Source: an uncultured Verrucomicrobiae bacterium
GTDB lineage: Bacteria; Verrucomicrobiota; Verrucomicrobiia; Chthoniobacterales; UBA10450
Direction of reading: 5' to 3'
NCBI GenBank assembly: GCA_963801815.1
Contig: CAWDGJ010000003.1
Span: 32,001-96,000 of the forward strand
Length of the DNA: 64,000 nt
The notes under the pieces were generated by a model, which made no database searches, was not told where the DNA came from, and saw nothing but the letters and a program-made list of their open reading frames with translations. Below are positions 28,816 through 37,995 of this stretch, in pieces; positions within the stretch are counted from its first letter, which is position 1; each line of letters opens with the position of its first letter. A program made the position numbers and the translations under genes.

Positions 28816-30840
28816 CTATCTAAGCGTGGCGTTGATTTTCTCGATCAAGCGCGTCCATCCGCCGCGTTCTTCTTCCGAGAGATCGGACGCAGTATGATCC
28901 TTGGTCCAGCGAAGAAACGCCTTGGCCAGGCGATACTGTGAAAAATCACCGCCAATCTCTTTCTCGAACACTTCGACAATCGAGGACTCAGGTTGCGAGG
29001 CCGCCGCGGCGGTGATGTCCCAGCCGAGGCGGTTTTTGCTAACTCGCAACAGTGTTTCGCGCAGCAAATCTTCCACCCGCGGAGAACGCACACCGTTGCG
29101 GGCGTCTTTGCTGCGCAGGATCGCCTTGTGACCGAGCGTGCGGACCAGGTCGTCCTGGTGAGCGCCGCGATCGCCGTTGGTGTCGGAATCGAGCAGCGCG
29201 GCCACCTTCAACTTTTTTGCGTGAAGAATCGTCGCGAAATAAGCGACCTTTGCGGCGCCATTGGTAGGCATCAGCTCAATACGCGGATTTAGATCCGCAA
29301 TTCCCGCTTCGCGGAGCATTTGCGCGACCGCTTCGACGTACCACAAATCGGTGAGACTCTCGAGTAACAGGTTCCGCTGCTGTGAAAACAAGCTTTGAGC
29401 GAGATCGTAACCGAGCGATTCCTGAAGCGGCAAAAGTGCCGCAGGGTCCTCGGCGGTCGCGTTCGTGCGGACCTTTGTGCCGGCGCGGCGATCGATCATT
29501 TCGACCACGCGGACACGATTTAATTCATCGGGCCCGACCAAAAACGGCGAGTGCGTGGTGTAAAGCAACTGATTCGACTCGGCCAGGCGCGAGATGGTGG
29601 ATCTAAATTCCTGCTGCTTCAGTCCGTGCAGGCTAAGACCGGGCTCGTCCAGCAGCAGAATCGCATTTTTGTGTTTGTCAGCTGATTCGGCAAAGAAGAC
29701 GACGAAAAATGAAACCAACCATTGAAAACCTTCCGAACGCTGATCGAGCTCAATCTCGACGCCGAGATCGTCTTCCACCACCACTTTGAGATATTGGCCG
29801 TCGGCCACGATGCGAAGCCGTTCCGCTTCCGCGCGTTTCGCGTCCGGTTTCCACACGCTGCGGAGTTCCTCGCTTAAGCGCACGCTGGCGGAGTTGAGTT
29901 GATAGGCCCGGCGGTCGAGCTGGTCGCGATAATGCCTCCAGCCTTCGATGTCGCCCGGCTTGGGCTCGTCCGCTTTTCCAAGGTTCGACAATTCGCGCGC
30001 ACTGAATCCGAGCAGGCGCAGGAGACATTGATTGCCGTAGTCGTAGGAGTCACCATCAAGAACATTCGTTTCCAGCCGTTGGGCAAGGTGCTCGAGGTGA
30101 ATCAGAGGGCGCACCCGAAAGTAATCGCGGAACCGCACGAACACCGGCAGACGCTGGTGCAATGTCCTCAGTGCAGTATTCCGGCGCTCCTCGAGCGTAA
30201 CGGCATCCATTAATTTGTCGTAACGCTTTTCTTCCGTCTCGTTGCCTTCTTCGATGAGCAGCAAGATTTTCTCCAAGCCCTTCTTCAACGCAGCCGCGCG
30301 CTCGCCTTTGATTTCATCGGCATCTTCCCAGCCTCGCGTCGCTATAGCGAACGCCGTGCTCGGAGTTGTGGCCGGCGGAAATCCATCTACTCCGCGCGGC
30401 ACACGCGGATCGACATGCGCGAACAAACGCACCAGGTCGTTCTTTAAATCGGCAAATCTTTGCGCCGCTGGTCCGCCTTCGAGCATGTGCCATGCACTGT
30501 TGTCCACCCGGCGGCCGTAAATGTAGCGGCAGTCGCGAAATTCCGCCGGAATCGTTTCCTTGTCGGCTGCTTCCAGATCGAAATGTCCTTCCACGATCGT
30601 CGTCTCGCCGAGACGAATTTTACCCGACATGACATCATTGAACTCGGCGCGCGGATAATCGCGCAACGCGTCGAAGCTGCGAATGCTGCCCGGTGGATTG
30701 ATCCGTTGCAGGGCCGAGAGCAGCGCGCTTTTCCCCGCCTCGTTAGGCCCAACCAAAATTGTTTTTCCAGGTTCGATATCGAACAAACCCGTATCGCGAA
30801 TGCTGCGATAGTTTCTGACCCGCGCTTTTCTTAATCGCAT
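28816..30840 (-). CDS. OLD-family ATP-dependent nuclease (ABC ATPase plus TOPRIM)
   Basis: NYRSI, Walker A GPNEAGKS, SEGFQW signature, Walker B LLLDEPG..LH, TTHSPF, then TOPRIM-like LLLESLTD and LLDSD. Confidence 0.8.
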   Translation of the reverse strand: MRLRKARVRNYRSIRDTGLFDIEPGKTILVGPNEAGKSALLSALQRINPPGSIRSFDALRDYPRAEFNDVMSGKIRLGETTIVEGHFDLEAADKETIPAEFRDCRYIYGRRVDNSAWHMLEGGPAAQRFADLKNDLVRLFAHVDPRVPRGVDGFPPATTPSTAFAIATRGWEDADEIKGERAAALKKGLEKILLLIEEGNETEEKRYDKLMDAVTLEERRNTALRTLHQRLPVFVRFRDYFRVRPLIHLEHLAQRLETNVLDGDSYDYGNQCLLRLLGFSARELSNLGKADEPKPGDIEGWRHYRDQLDRRAYQLNSASVRLSEELRSVWKPDAKRAEAERLRIVADGQYLKVVVEDDLGVEIELDQRSEGFQWLVSFFVVFFAESADKHKNAILLLDEPGLSLHGLKQQEFRSTISRLAESNQLLYTTHSPFLVGPDELNRVRVVEMIDRRAGTKVRTNATAEDPAALLPLQESLGYDLAQSLFSQQRNLLLESLTDLWYVEAVAQMLREAGIADLNPRIELMPTNGAAKVAYFATILHAKKLKVAALLDSDTNGDRGAHQDDLVRTLGHKAILRSKDARNGVRSPRVEDLLRETLLRVSKNRLGWDITAAAASQPESSIVEVFEKEIGGDFSQYRLAKAFLRWTKDHTASDLSEEERGGWTRLIEKINATLR

Positions 30841-30929
30841 CGATTGACCTCCAGTGTCTCGAAAACTTTTAAAAAAAATTGAAATCGATTACGATAAAAA
30901 TCAAAAAAACCTTATTCACCGATTCACAC

Positions 30930-31526
30930 ATGTTGTTCACAAAATCATCCGGTTCAGAGCAACAGCCGCGCATTTGGACAATTGGGCATTCGACGCGCAC
31001 GATCGACGTTTTCGTTTCGCTGCTGAACGAAAACGGGATCAAACTCGTGGCCGATGTCCGAATGTTCCCGGGCTCGAAACGTTATCCGCAGTTCGGGGCG
31101 GAGGCGTTGGCGAGGTCCTTAGGCGAGGCTGGAATTCGTTACGAACATTTTCCGGAACTCGGCGGCCGTCGGAAGACAAGGCCCGATTCGAAGAATACCG
31201 CCTGGCGCAACGAATCGTTTCGCGGTTACGCCGATTACATGGAAACGGACCAGTTTCGCAACGGAATCGCGCGGCTTCTCGATTTCGCCAAGAGAAGTGG
31301 GCCGACTGCCCGGCCCGCATCGCCTACGCGAAGCGTTGCGGGCGTGGCAATCATGTGTGCCGAAGCGGTCTGGTGGCGTTGTCATCGCTCATTGATTTCA
31401 GATTACTTGAAAGCCCGCGGCGTCGAAGTCCTGCACATTCTCGATCACAACAAAGTCGAGCCGCACCCGTTCACGTCGGCCGCGCGAATTGTAAATGGCG
31501 AATTGAGTTACCGCGATCTTCTGTAG
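30930..31526 (+). CDS. DUF488-family protein with an in-frame palindromic insert
   Basis: IWTIGHSTR, DVRMFPGS, ELGGRR, FRGYADYM, MCAEAVWWRCHRSLISD. Confidence 0.88.
   Translation: MLFTKSSGSEQQPRIWTIGHSTRTIDVFVSLLNENGIKLVADVRMFPGSKRYPQFGAEALARSLGEAGIRYEHFPELGGRRKTRPDSKNTAWRNESFRGYADYMETDQFRNGIARLLDFAKRSGPTARPASPTRSVAGVAIMCAEAVWWRCHRSLISDYLKARGVEVLHILDHNKVEPHPFTSAARIVNGELSYRDLL
31308..31346. repeat. In-frame ~39-bp palindromic insert in the DUF488 gene
   Basis: GCCCGCATCGC-ctacgcgaa-GCGTTGCGGGC; adds ARPASPTRSVAGV before AIMCAEA. Confidence 0.7.
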
Positions 31527-31583
31527 CGGCGCTCTATGGACGCCGCTGAATTTTTAATTCGGCGGTCGGAGACTGCCGCTACA
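31522..31583. repeat. GTAG-type REP doublet
   Basis: TGTAGCGGCGCTCTATGGACGCCG…CGGCGGTCGGAGACTGCCGCTACA, near-identical to 33041-33099. Confidence 0.8.
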
Positions 31584-31586
31584 ACA

Positions 31587-32843
31587 TTATCTCGGATCGG
31601 TCACGCGGCCGATGAACAGGCAGGCGCCGCTCGGCACATGCTGGATCGCATAAAGAAACGGGCGATCGACTTTCACGTGAATCGGTTCTTTTGGTTTCTC
31701 GAAGTGCGCCGTCAGTTCCATCATGACAACCGCGGTTGCGGCAGCGGCCTCGGTCCCTTTTTCGTCCACTGCAATGAATGTTTTGTGAAACACGTTTGAG
31801 ATCGCGAGATACTTGTCTGGCTGGCGCGGCGACATTCTGTCGAAGTTCGCGCTGCCCTGGGGATCGTCGAACGCCGTTTTCATTCCGAGGGCTTTCAAAT
31901 TATCCGCTAGCGGAATTGTCGGTGGCTCGATCTTGAATTTCGGAAGCTCAAGATCGACATCTTGCACCTGCAGCTTGGCGCATTGGGCAAAGGTGTCGGC
32001 GTTGAGTTTCGATTCCAAGTTTTTGAGCCCGGTCACTTCGTCCGGAATCAGGACGAGGAACTGCAATTCGCTCCCGGAGTAGGGGACGCTAATCGCAGCG
32101 TATCCTTCGCGCTTGGCGTAGCCGAACATTTTTTGATTCTCCATCGTCGGCACATCGACCGGCGCGCCACCGCGCACATGAAATGGTTTCGGTTTCGTGA
32201 CGGCGTCGTTGAATTCCCGGGCCCACGGCGCCTTGAGATAAATCGCGTTCGCCAGCACAAGTCGCGTCAATTCCTTGATGCCGCCCCGCGGAATTAAATC
32301 GCGGATCTTGTCGCGCGTTTGCTCCGCGACCCATTGGTTGATGTGTGCCCGGGCCGACTCCGGATCTTGCTTGAAATCGAGCGTTTCAAATGGCGCGCCG
32401 TAGAATTTTTTCACCAACTCACGGAATGGATCGCGAAAATCGTAGCCGCTCTGTGCAAACAACCGGTTCGCGACCGCCAGCGTGATAGGCTCGCTCGGAC
32501 CGCTTCTTTTCTTTGATTCATCGGCAATCTTCTTTGTCTTCTCCGACATTTCGCCAAGCGAACGTTGTAGCGAAGCGAACGAAGCGTGGATCGCGTCTCC
32601 ATCCGGCGGAAAATGGAGGACCCGCGCCATTTCCGTACGCGTTTCGCCGTCCGCGCCGGCAAACGTCATGGCGAGCGCGGTTTCGATCGAATACGGCGAC
32701 AAACAAAGATTTTCTTCGCCGATTGCGAGTTGACGGTAAAGATCGATGCCGAGCTGATTCGTTGCCTTTGCAGCGAGATCGAAGTCCGCAGCATGAAGCC
32801 AAGCTGCGACAGTGCAAAAGAGAGCGACGATCAATTTCCGCAT
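31587..32843 (-). CDS. Secreted serpin (serine protease inhibitor)
   Basis: Signal peptide; ENLCLSPYSI, LVLANAIYLKAPW, LPKFKIE, hinge VDEKGTEAAAAT, VDRPFLY, FIGRV. Confidence 0.93.
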   Translation of the reverse strand: MRKLIVALFCTVAAWLHAADFDLAAKATNQLGIDLYRQLAIGEENLCLSPYSIETALAMTFAGADGETRTEMARVLHFPPDGDAIHASFASLQRSLGEMSEKTKKIADESKKRSGPSEPITLAVANRLFAQSGYDFRDPFRELVKKFYGAPFETLDFKQDPESARAHINQWVAEQTRDKIRDLIPRGGIKELTRLVLANAIYLKAPWAREFNDAVTKPKPFHVRGGAPVDVPTMENQKMFGYAKREGYAAISVPYSGSELQFLVLIPDEVTGLKNLESKLNADTFAQCAKLQVQDVDLELPKFKIEPPTIPLADNLKALGMKTAFDDPQGSANFDRMSPRQPDKYLAISNVFHKTFIAVDEKGTEAAAATAVVMMELTAHFEKPKEPIHVKVDRPFLYAIQHVPSGACLFIGRVTDPR

Positions 32844-32960
32844 TGCAGCCGAACTCCTATCACGGCGGCGGTTGGGATTGAAACCAAAACGGCACGCCGC
32901 GCGCCCGCCCTACAATCTTGCGGCGGCCCTCAACGTGGATTAGAAAATCCTTTCCCGCGC

Positions 32961-33033
32961 GGGTCGGTAGCTCAATCGGTAGAGCAGCGCCCTTTTAAGG
33001 CGTTGGTTCCGGGTTCGAGTCCCGGCCGACCCA
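32961..33033 (+). tRNA. tRNA-Lys(TTT), CCA not encoded
   Basis: GGGTCGG…CCGACCC-A acceptor stem, anticodon loop CTTTTAA, T-loop GGTTCGAGTCC. Confidence 0.95.
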
Positions 33034-33040
33034 TGCTTCC

Positions 33041-33099
33041 TGTAGCGGCGCTCTATCAGCGCCGCATTATTAGTCCGGCGGTCACAGACCGCCCCTACA
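33041..33099. repeat. GTAG-type REP doublet
   Basis: TGTAGCGGCGCTCTATCAGCGCCG…CGGCGGTCACAGACCGCCCCTACA. Confidence 0.8.
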
Positions 33100-33781
33100 G
33101 AATTTTGAGCAAATCGCGCAGCGAGTTTTTCGCCCGCTTCAGTTTGAAAATCGACAATCCGGCTCCGCTCGCAGCTTTCCAATCGCGTTCCGGGTCGTCA
33201 CCGACATGCAACGCTTCGCTCGCTTCAAGTTTTATGAACTTCAGGGCGCGCCGGAAGATTTCCGGATTCGGCTTGTCGGCGCCGATCTCGCTGGAAACGA
33301 AAACATGCGAGAAAAATTTCGAAATGCCGAGGTGCTCGAGGATCATTCGCAGCCGCCCATCGAAATTCGAAACAACGGCAAGTTGAAATCGTGACCGCAA
33401 TTTCTCCAAAACTTCGACCACCTCCGGGTAAAGCTCCCAGACGCCGGCTTCGGCGAAGTGTTCGTAGGCGATCTCAAAAAAATTATCGCGGTCCAATTCG
33501 CTCAGCGCCGGCGCAACATCATCGAGCACTCGCTCGACGACTTCGTGCCACCAATCTTTGTCGTCGTTCTCGCGTGGGCCATCGACGGGCATTCGCGCCG
33601 GCATCGAGCTCCACGCTTCAGCGAAGGCGCGGTCCAGTTTTGCCGCGTTCAAGTTTAATCCAAGTTCGTTCCCAACGAGCGCATAATGATGCCCGACGTT
33701 GTGGGTGAGGTAAAAGAGGGTGCCCATCGCGTCGAAAAAGATCGCTTTTGGCTGCGTCTCGCTTTTGTTTTGTTTAGCCAT
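33095..33781 (-). CDS. HAD-IA family hydrolase (REG-2-like)
   Basis: KAIFFDAMGTL, VVSNFD, KPNPEIF, HVGDDPERD. Confidence 0.88.
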   Translation of the reverse strand: MAKQNKSETQPKAIFFDAMGTLFYLTHNVGHHYALVGNELGLNLNAAKLDRAFAEAWSSMPARMPVDGPRENDDKDWWHEVVERVLDDVAPALSELDRDNFFEIAYEHFAEAGVWELYPEVVEVLEKLRSRFQLAVVSNFDGRLRMILEHLGISKFFSHVFVSSEIGADKPNPEIFRRALKFIKLEASEALHVGDDPERDWKAASGAGLSIFKLKRAKNSLRDLLKIL

Positions 33782-34235
33782 GAATTCCGCTAATCGATGG
33801 AAAATCGCTTTCCTCGTCCTCGCAAGCTTTGTTGCGGGCGCGGTGACCGGCGCATTTCTAATCATGGGCTCGGCGAAGGACGAGATGCGTCGCCAGCGCG
33901 ATCCGCTTCGATGGTTCACCAACACGCCAGACCGCTGGCGCAGCCAAATGAAACTGACGCCGGACCAAGACCAGAAAATCCGTCCGATTTTGCAGGAGAT
34001 CGACGATGAACTGGCCAGCCGGCGGGCGGTGAATCTTCGCGAGACGGAGGGAATTCTTTCGCGCGGGGAAGATCGGATCTCGGCAATCCTGACGCCAGAC
34101 CAGCGGTCGCAGCTTCATCAAACGTTTGAGCAACGCCGGCAACGCGTTCGCGATTGGATGGGCGTGGAGGGTCAGCAAGAGCAATCGGAGTCGGCAGAGT
34201 CCTCACCTCAATCCTCCCCGGTCGCCAGCCCATAG
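33780..34235 (+). CDS. Membrane-anchored Spy/CpxP-like (LTxxQ) helical protein
   Basis: N-terminal TM helix; two LTPDQ motifs. Confidence 0.65.
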   Translation: MNSANRWKIAFLVLASFVAGAVTGAFLIMGSAKDEMRRQRDPLRWFTNTPDRWRSQMKLTPDQDQKIRPILQEIDDELASRRAVNLRETEGILSRGEDRISAILTPDQRSQLHQTFEQRRQRVRDWMGVEGQQEQSESAESSPQSSPVASP

Positions 34236-34346
34236 AAGCTACAAAGCGACAGGTAAGGGTATTCAATAAAGCGGTCGCCAGTAAAAATTGTTTCCGTTCA
34301 AGTGGCGCTGGTTGGACAATCTAGCCCGGACATCGGATTAGTTTGC

Positions 34347-35438
34347 ATGCTGCCGGTTGAGCACAACGATCCGATCAACGCCAAGATTCTCGCGATATCG
34401 GAGGACAAAATCGAAGGCTTTGTGCGCGAGCCGTTCGAAGAAATCGCGCGTCGCTCGGGCGTGGATGTCGATGATGTAATGGCGCGGATCGCGGCGATGC
34501 TCCGCGCGGGCACGATTCGGCGCGTTCGGCAGACTCTTCTGGCCACCAATCTCGCCGACGGCGCACTGGTCGCCTGGAAAGTTCCGGAAGACAAAATCGA
34601 CAGTGCATTCGATTTTATGTCTCAGCGGGATCCGTTCTCCGGTCACGTGGTCGTGCGCTCTACCGACACCGTCACTGCCGGCTCGGAATACAAACTTTGG
34701 ACGACGTTAAAGGTGCCACACGGATTTTCGCTGGAGAAGCATTGCGAGTTGCTGACAAAGAAAGTTGGCGCGCAAAAATTCCGGATCATGCCGGCGAAAG
34801 GAATTTTCACGCTCGGGGTCGGCCACGTTCGCCGGAAAACAATCGAGCCGGGCGAGAAAGCGGATGGGCCCGCGAAAATGATCCGCGTGGAAGTGGTCGA
34901 TCTTAGCGAACATGAATGGGAAATTTTGCTGGCATTGAAGCGCGAGCTTGCGCCGGAAGAAATTCGACCGCGTCCCTGGGCAGCTCGCGCGCAGGAAGCC
35001 GGCGTCAGTCTTGATGAGTTTTTCCGGGTGGCTGAAGATTTGAGCGTGCGCAAAATCATCGGACGTTTCTCGACATTTCTTGAGCACGTGAAGCCGTCGC
35101 AAACCGGCGTCCGTGTCACACGTTTCAATGCGCTTTTCCACTGGGCGGTGCCAACTGGCCGCGAAATTGAAACCGGTGGTGAAGTAGGCCGTCACCATAT
35201 CCTGACGCATTGCTATTGGCGGGAGGCCGGCCCTGAATTTAAGAACGTGAATATCATGGCCGTGGCTCACGGTACTGAGAAACCGCGTTTGCTCGAACAT
35301 AAGGCGGCGATCGATCGGCATCTCGCGGCCTGCGGCATTCCGGTTTCTTACACGAATGTTTTCTGGGGCGGACGCAGCGAGATCAAGCCATCGGAAATTT
35401 CTCCCAAGGTTTATCGCGAGTGGCTGGCACGAGCATGA
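34347..35438 (+). CDS. Lrp/AsnC-like two-domain protein, probable fused siroheme decarboxylase (AhbA/B, NirDL-like)
   Basis: Duplicated PF/PW…IA…G HTH segments; ALVAWKVP and ALFHWAVP; THCYWR…NIMAVAHG. Confidence 0.65.
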   Translation: MLPVEHNDPINAKILAISEDKIEGFVREPFEEIARRSGVDVDDVMARIAAMLRAGTIRRVRQTLLATNLADGALVAWKVPEDKIDSAFDFMSQRDPFSGHVVVRSTDTVTAGSEYKLWTTLKVPHGFSLEKHCELLTKKVGAQKFRIMPAKGIFTLGVGHVRRKTIEPGEKADGPAKMIRVEVVDLSEHEWEILLALKRELAPEEIRPRPWAARAQEAGVSLDEFFRVAEDLSVRKIIGRFSTFLEHVKPSQTGVRVTRFNALFHWAVPTGREIETGGEVGRHHILTHCYWREAGPEFKNVNIMAVAHGTEKPRLLEHKAAIDRHLAACGIPVSYTNVFWGGRSEIKPSEISPKVYREWLARA

Positions 35439-35443
35439 GTACT

Positions 35444-35524
35444 GTGGCGGCAGGCGTCTCACCTGCGATAATCAGTCGATTTGCAGCCGAGGACAGTGCC
35501 AGTCCGGCTCGGACCTGCATCCAT
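35444..35524. repeat. REP-like doublet (TGTGGCGGCAGGCGTCTCACCTGC…) with a micro-element copy at 35495-35515
   Basis: agTGCCAGTCCGGCTCGGACC interrupts the second arm. Confidence 0.8.
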
Positions 35525-35526
35525 AG

Positions 35527-36579
35527 ATGAAAACGCTCGTCGAAAAACTTCGGGCCGAACTAGACCTCACCAGTGCGGATGTCGATGCCGCGGTCACTCA
35601 GTTGTTGTCCAATGAAGTCGACGATGAACTCAAAGCTGAGTTTCTAACGGCACTGCACAAAAAAGGTGAAACTGCGGAGGAGATCGTCGCCTTTGTTCGG
35701 CCGCTGATGAAGCGCGCAGTCGATCCGATGATCGATCCCGCGCAGCTGCCCGGGCCGATGGTCGACATTTGCGGAACCGGCGGCGACGGGCTGAGTTTTT
35801 TCAACGTTTCAACGGCCGCCATGTTTGTGGTCGCGGCTGGCGGGGCGGTGGTTGCGAAACATGGCAATCGCCGCGTGACTTCGAATTGCGGCAGTGCCGA
35901 TGTTCTTGAGCAACTCGGAATCGCAATCGAACTCACGCCCGGGCAACTTAATGAAAGCCTGAAGCGTCACGGTCTCGGTTTCATTTTCGCGCGAAAATAT
36001 CATCCGGCGTTCGGCGCGCTCGCAGCGATGCGCGAACATCTGGCAGGGCAAAAAACGCGCACCGTTTTCAATTTGCTCGGACCGTTGCTCAATCCAGCCC
36101 GGCCGTCGCGGCAATTGATCGGCGTTTTCGAGCCGCGCTTAACCGGAATGTTCGCCGATGTGCTTCAACAAATGGGATGCAAGCGGGCGTGGATCGTCCA
36201 CGGGCTCGGCGACGAAGGCGCAGGAATGGACGACATCTCGATCAGCGGTGCGACGACGATTGCGGAATTAATTGATGGAAAAGTGAACCTGGCAGTTTTG
36301 GATGTCAGCTGGCTGGGCGTCGCGCGCGCGTCAGTAAGCGAGTTGCAAGGTGGTGACGCGCGACAAAATGCGGAGACGATCGAGGGGATTCTCTCCGGAG
36401 AAATTCAGGGGGCTAAGCGGGAAATGACCGTCGTGAATGCTGCCGGCGGATTTGTTGTTGCGGGCCGGGCAGGTGATTTGAAAGAGGCGATCGAACTGGC
36501 GCGCGAAGAAATCGATAGCGGACGCGCACTCGAGAAACTGCGCGCGTTGCAGAATTTTCAGCCGAAGAGTTCGGCGTAA
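35527..36579 (+). CDS. trpD: Anthranilate phosphoribosyltransferase
   Basis: DICGTGGDG..FNVST, AKHGNR, GSADVLE, RTVFNLLGPLLNP. Confidence 0.95.
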   Translation: MKTLVEKLRAELDLTSADVDAAVTQLLSNEVDDELKAEFLTALHKKGETAEEIVAFVRPLMKRAVDPMIDPAQLPGPMVDICGTGGDGLSFFNVSTAAMFVVAAGGAVVAKHGNRRVTSNCGSADVLEQLGIAIELTPGQLNESLKRHGLGFIFARKYHPAFGALAAMREHLAGQKTRTVFNLLGPLLNPARPSRQLIGVFEPRLTGMFADVLQQMGCKRAWIVHGLGDEGAGMDDISISGATTIAELIDGKVNLAVLDVSWLGVARASVSELQGGDARQNAETIEGILSGEIQGAKREMTVVNAAGGFVVAGRAGDLKEAIELAREEIDSGRALEKLRALQNFQPKSSA

Positions 36580-37157
36580 GTCCGGTCGAGATTTCGCAAC
36601 AAGGCCAGTGCGATCAGGTGTCGATCTAACCGTGCGCGGCGAACAATCGCGATGGAAGTAGCGCGCCCGCGCAGTTCTTCCGAAAACTCGCCTGGCGAAT
36701 GATTCACGTTCACGCCTACTCCGACAACAGCCACGTGCGGCGCATCCGGTTGAGCCCGCATTTCCACAAGGACACCGGCGATCTTGTGCTCATTAATATA
36801 GACGTCGTTCGGCGGACGCACAGTCGCCGGCAGATCGAATTCGTCGTGCAACGTCTCTGCGATCATCGCCGCTACCCAGGTGGTCAGGCGCGCTGAGTCT
36901 TTGATGTCGATCTTCGGTCGGAGCAGGATCGAAAACGACAGGCCTTTGCCGGGGACGGATTCCCATTTATTTCCGCGCCGGCCCCGCCCGGAGGTTTGAT
37001 GCTCGGCAAAAACGCAAAGACCTTCCGGCCAATCGCCCGCCGCCATTTGCCCGATCACGTCATTGGTGGATCCCGTTTGTTCAAGGACGATGACCTCGCG
37101 GCCAATGATGAGCCCGCCGCGCAACTTCTCCGCGCGAAGTCGATCACGCAGCGGCAT
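36558..37157 (-). CDS. birA: Biotin--[acetyl-CoA-carboxylase] ligase (no HTH)
   Basis: GSTND, AEHQTSGRGRRGNKW, PNDVY…KIAGVLVE, GVGVNV. Confidence 0.9.
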   Translation of the reverse strand: MPLRDRLRAEKLRGGLIIGREVIVLEQTGSTNDVIGQMAAGDWPEGLCVFAEHQTSGRGRRGNKWESVPGKGLSFSILLRPKIDIKDSARLTTWVAAMIAETLHDEFDLPATVRPPNDVYINEHKIAGVLVEMRAQPDAPHVAVVGVGVNVNHSPGEFSEELRGRATSIAIVRRARLDRHLIALALLRNLDRTYAELFG

Positions 37158-37995
37158 GGTTGATCTCGAGAGAAAAATCGATCGCCCGCGGAGAATGGGT
37201 GAGCGCGCCGATGGAAATGTAATCGACCCCGGTGGCAGCGATTTGGCGGATGTTCTTCAAGGTGATTCCACCGCTGGCTTCGAATTTCATTTTTCGTTTC
37301 TTGCCGAGTGCGATCGCTTCGCGGATTTCCGCCGGCTTCATGTTGTCGAGCAAGATCATATCGACGCCATCGATATTCAGGATAGCGTGAACCTGTTCCA
37401 GTTTGTCGGCTTCGACTTCGATCTTCAGATTCGGGTACGCTTCCCGGAATTTTCGGACAGCTTTCGCAAACGTGTCGAAGTTGGCGTTGAGAGCCAGGTG
37501 ATTGTCCTTGATCAATGCCATGTCGAATAAACCGAAGCGATGATTGGTTCCTCCACCCGCGACGACAGCAGCCTTTTCCAATGCGCGAATGCCGGGCGTC
37601 GTTTTGCGAGTATCGAGAATCTTCACATGTTTGTTCGCCGCGGCGTCGACAAATGTTCGCGTAAGCGTCGCGATTCCGGACAGGTGCTGCAAAAAATTCA
37701 GCGCGACGCGCTCACCCTTCAGGATGGAGCTGGCCTGTCCTCGCACTTCCATCACGCTTTCGCCGGCGCTTATTTCGGTCCCGTCTTTTGGCAACACACT
37801 AACTTTTAGATCTTTGTCGATTCGGCGAAAGACTTCGGCAGCCGTTTGAGCTCCGGCGAGTATGGCGCGCTCACGAGCCACAATTTTCGCGGAAGCCTGT
37901 GCGTTCTTCGGAACAAAAAACTCCGTGGTTACGTCGCCGTCGCCGATGTCTTCGCGCAATGCGACATCGATTGGATCGACAATCGGCGGTTTCAT
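37144..37995 (-). CDS. nadC: Nicotinate-nucleotide pyrophosphorylase (carboxylating)
   Basis: EDIGDGDVTT, ERVALNFLQHLSGIAT, DTRKTTPG, HRFGL, IKDNH, EASGGI. Confidence 0.95.
   Translation of the reverse strand: MKPPIVDPIDVALREDIGDGDVTTEFFVPKNAQASAKIVARERAILAGAQTAAEVFRRIDKDLKVSVLPKDGTEISAGESVMEVRGQASSILKGERVALNFLQHLSGIATLTRTFVDAAANKHVKILDTRKTTPGIRALEKAAVVAGGGTNHRFGLFDMALIKDNHLALNANFDTFAKAVRKFREAYPNLKIEVEADKLEQVHAILNIDGVDMILLDNMKPAEIREAIALGKKRKMKFEASGGITLKNIRQIAATGVDYISIGALTHSPRAIDFSLEINHAAA

Noticed and set aside
30934..30947. Third LexA box (TGTTCACAAAATCA) near the OLD/DUF488 divergent region
   Set aside because: The right half-site has two mismatches to GAACA; too weak without a PSSM.
28816..31526. 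Gabija, retron or PARIS system
   Set aside because: No UvrD helicase, reverse transcriptase/msr-msd or separate partner gene next to the OLD-like nuclease.
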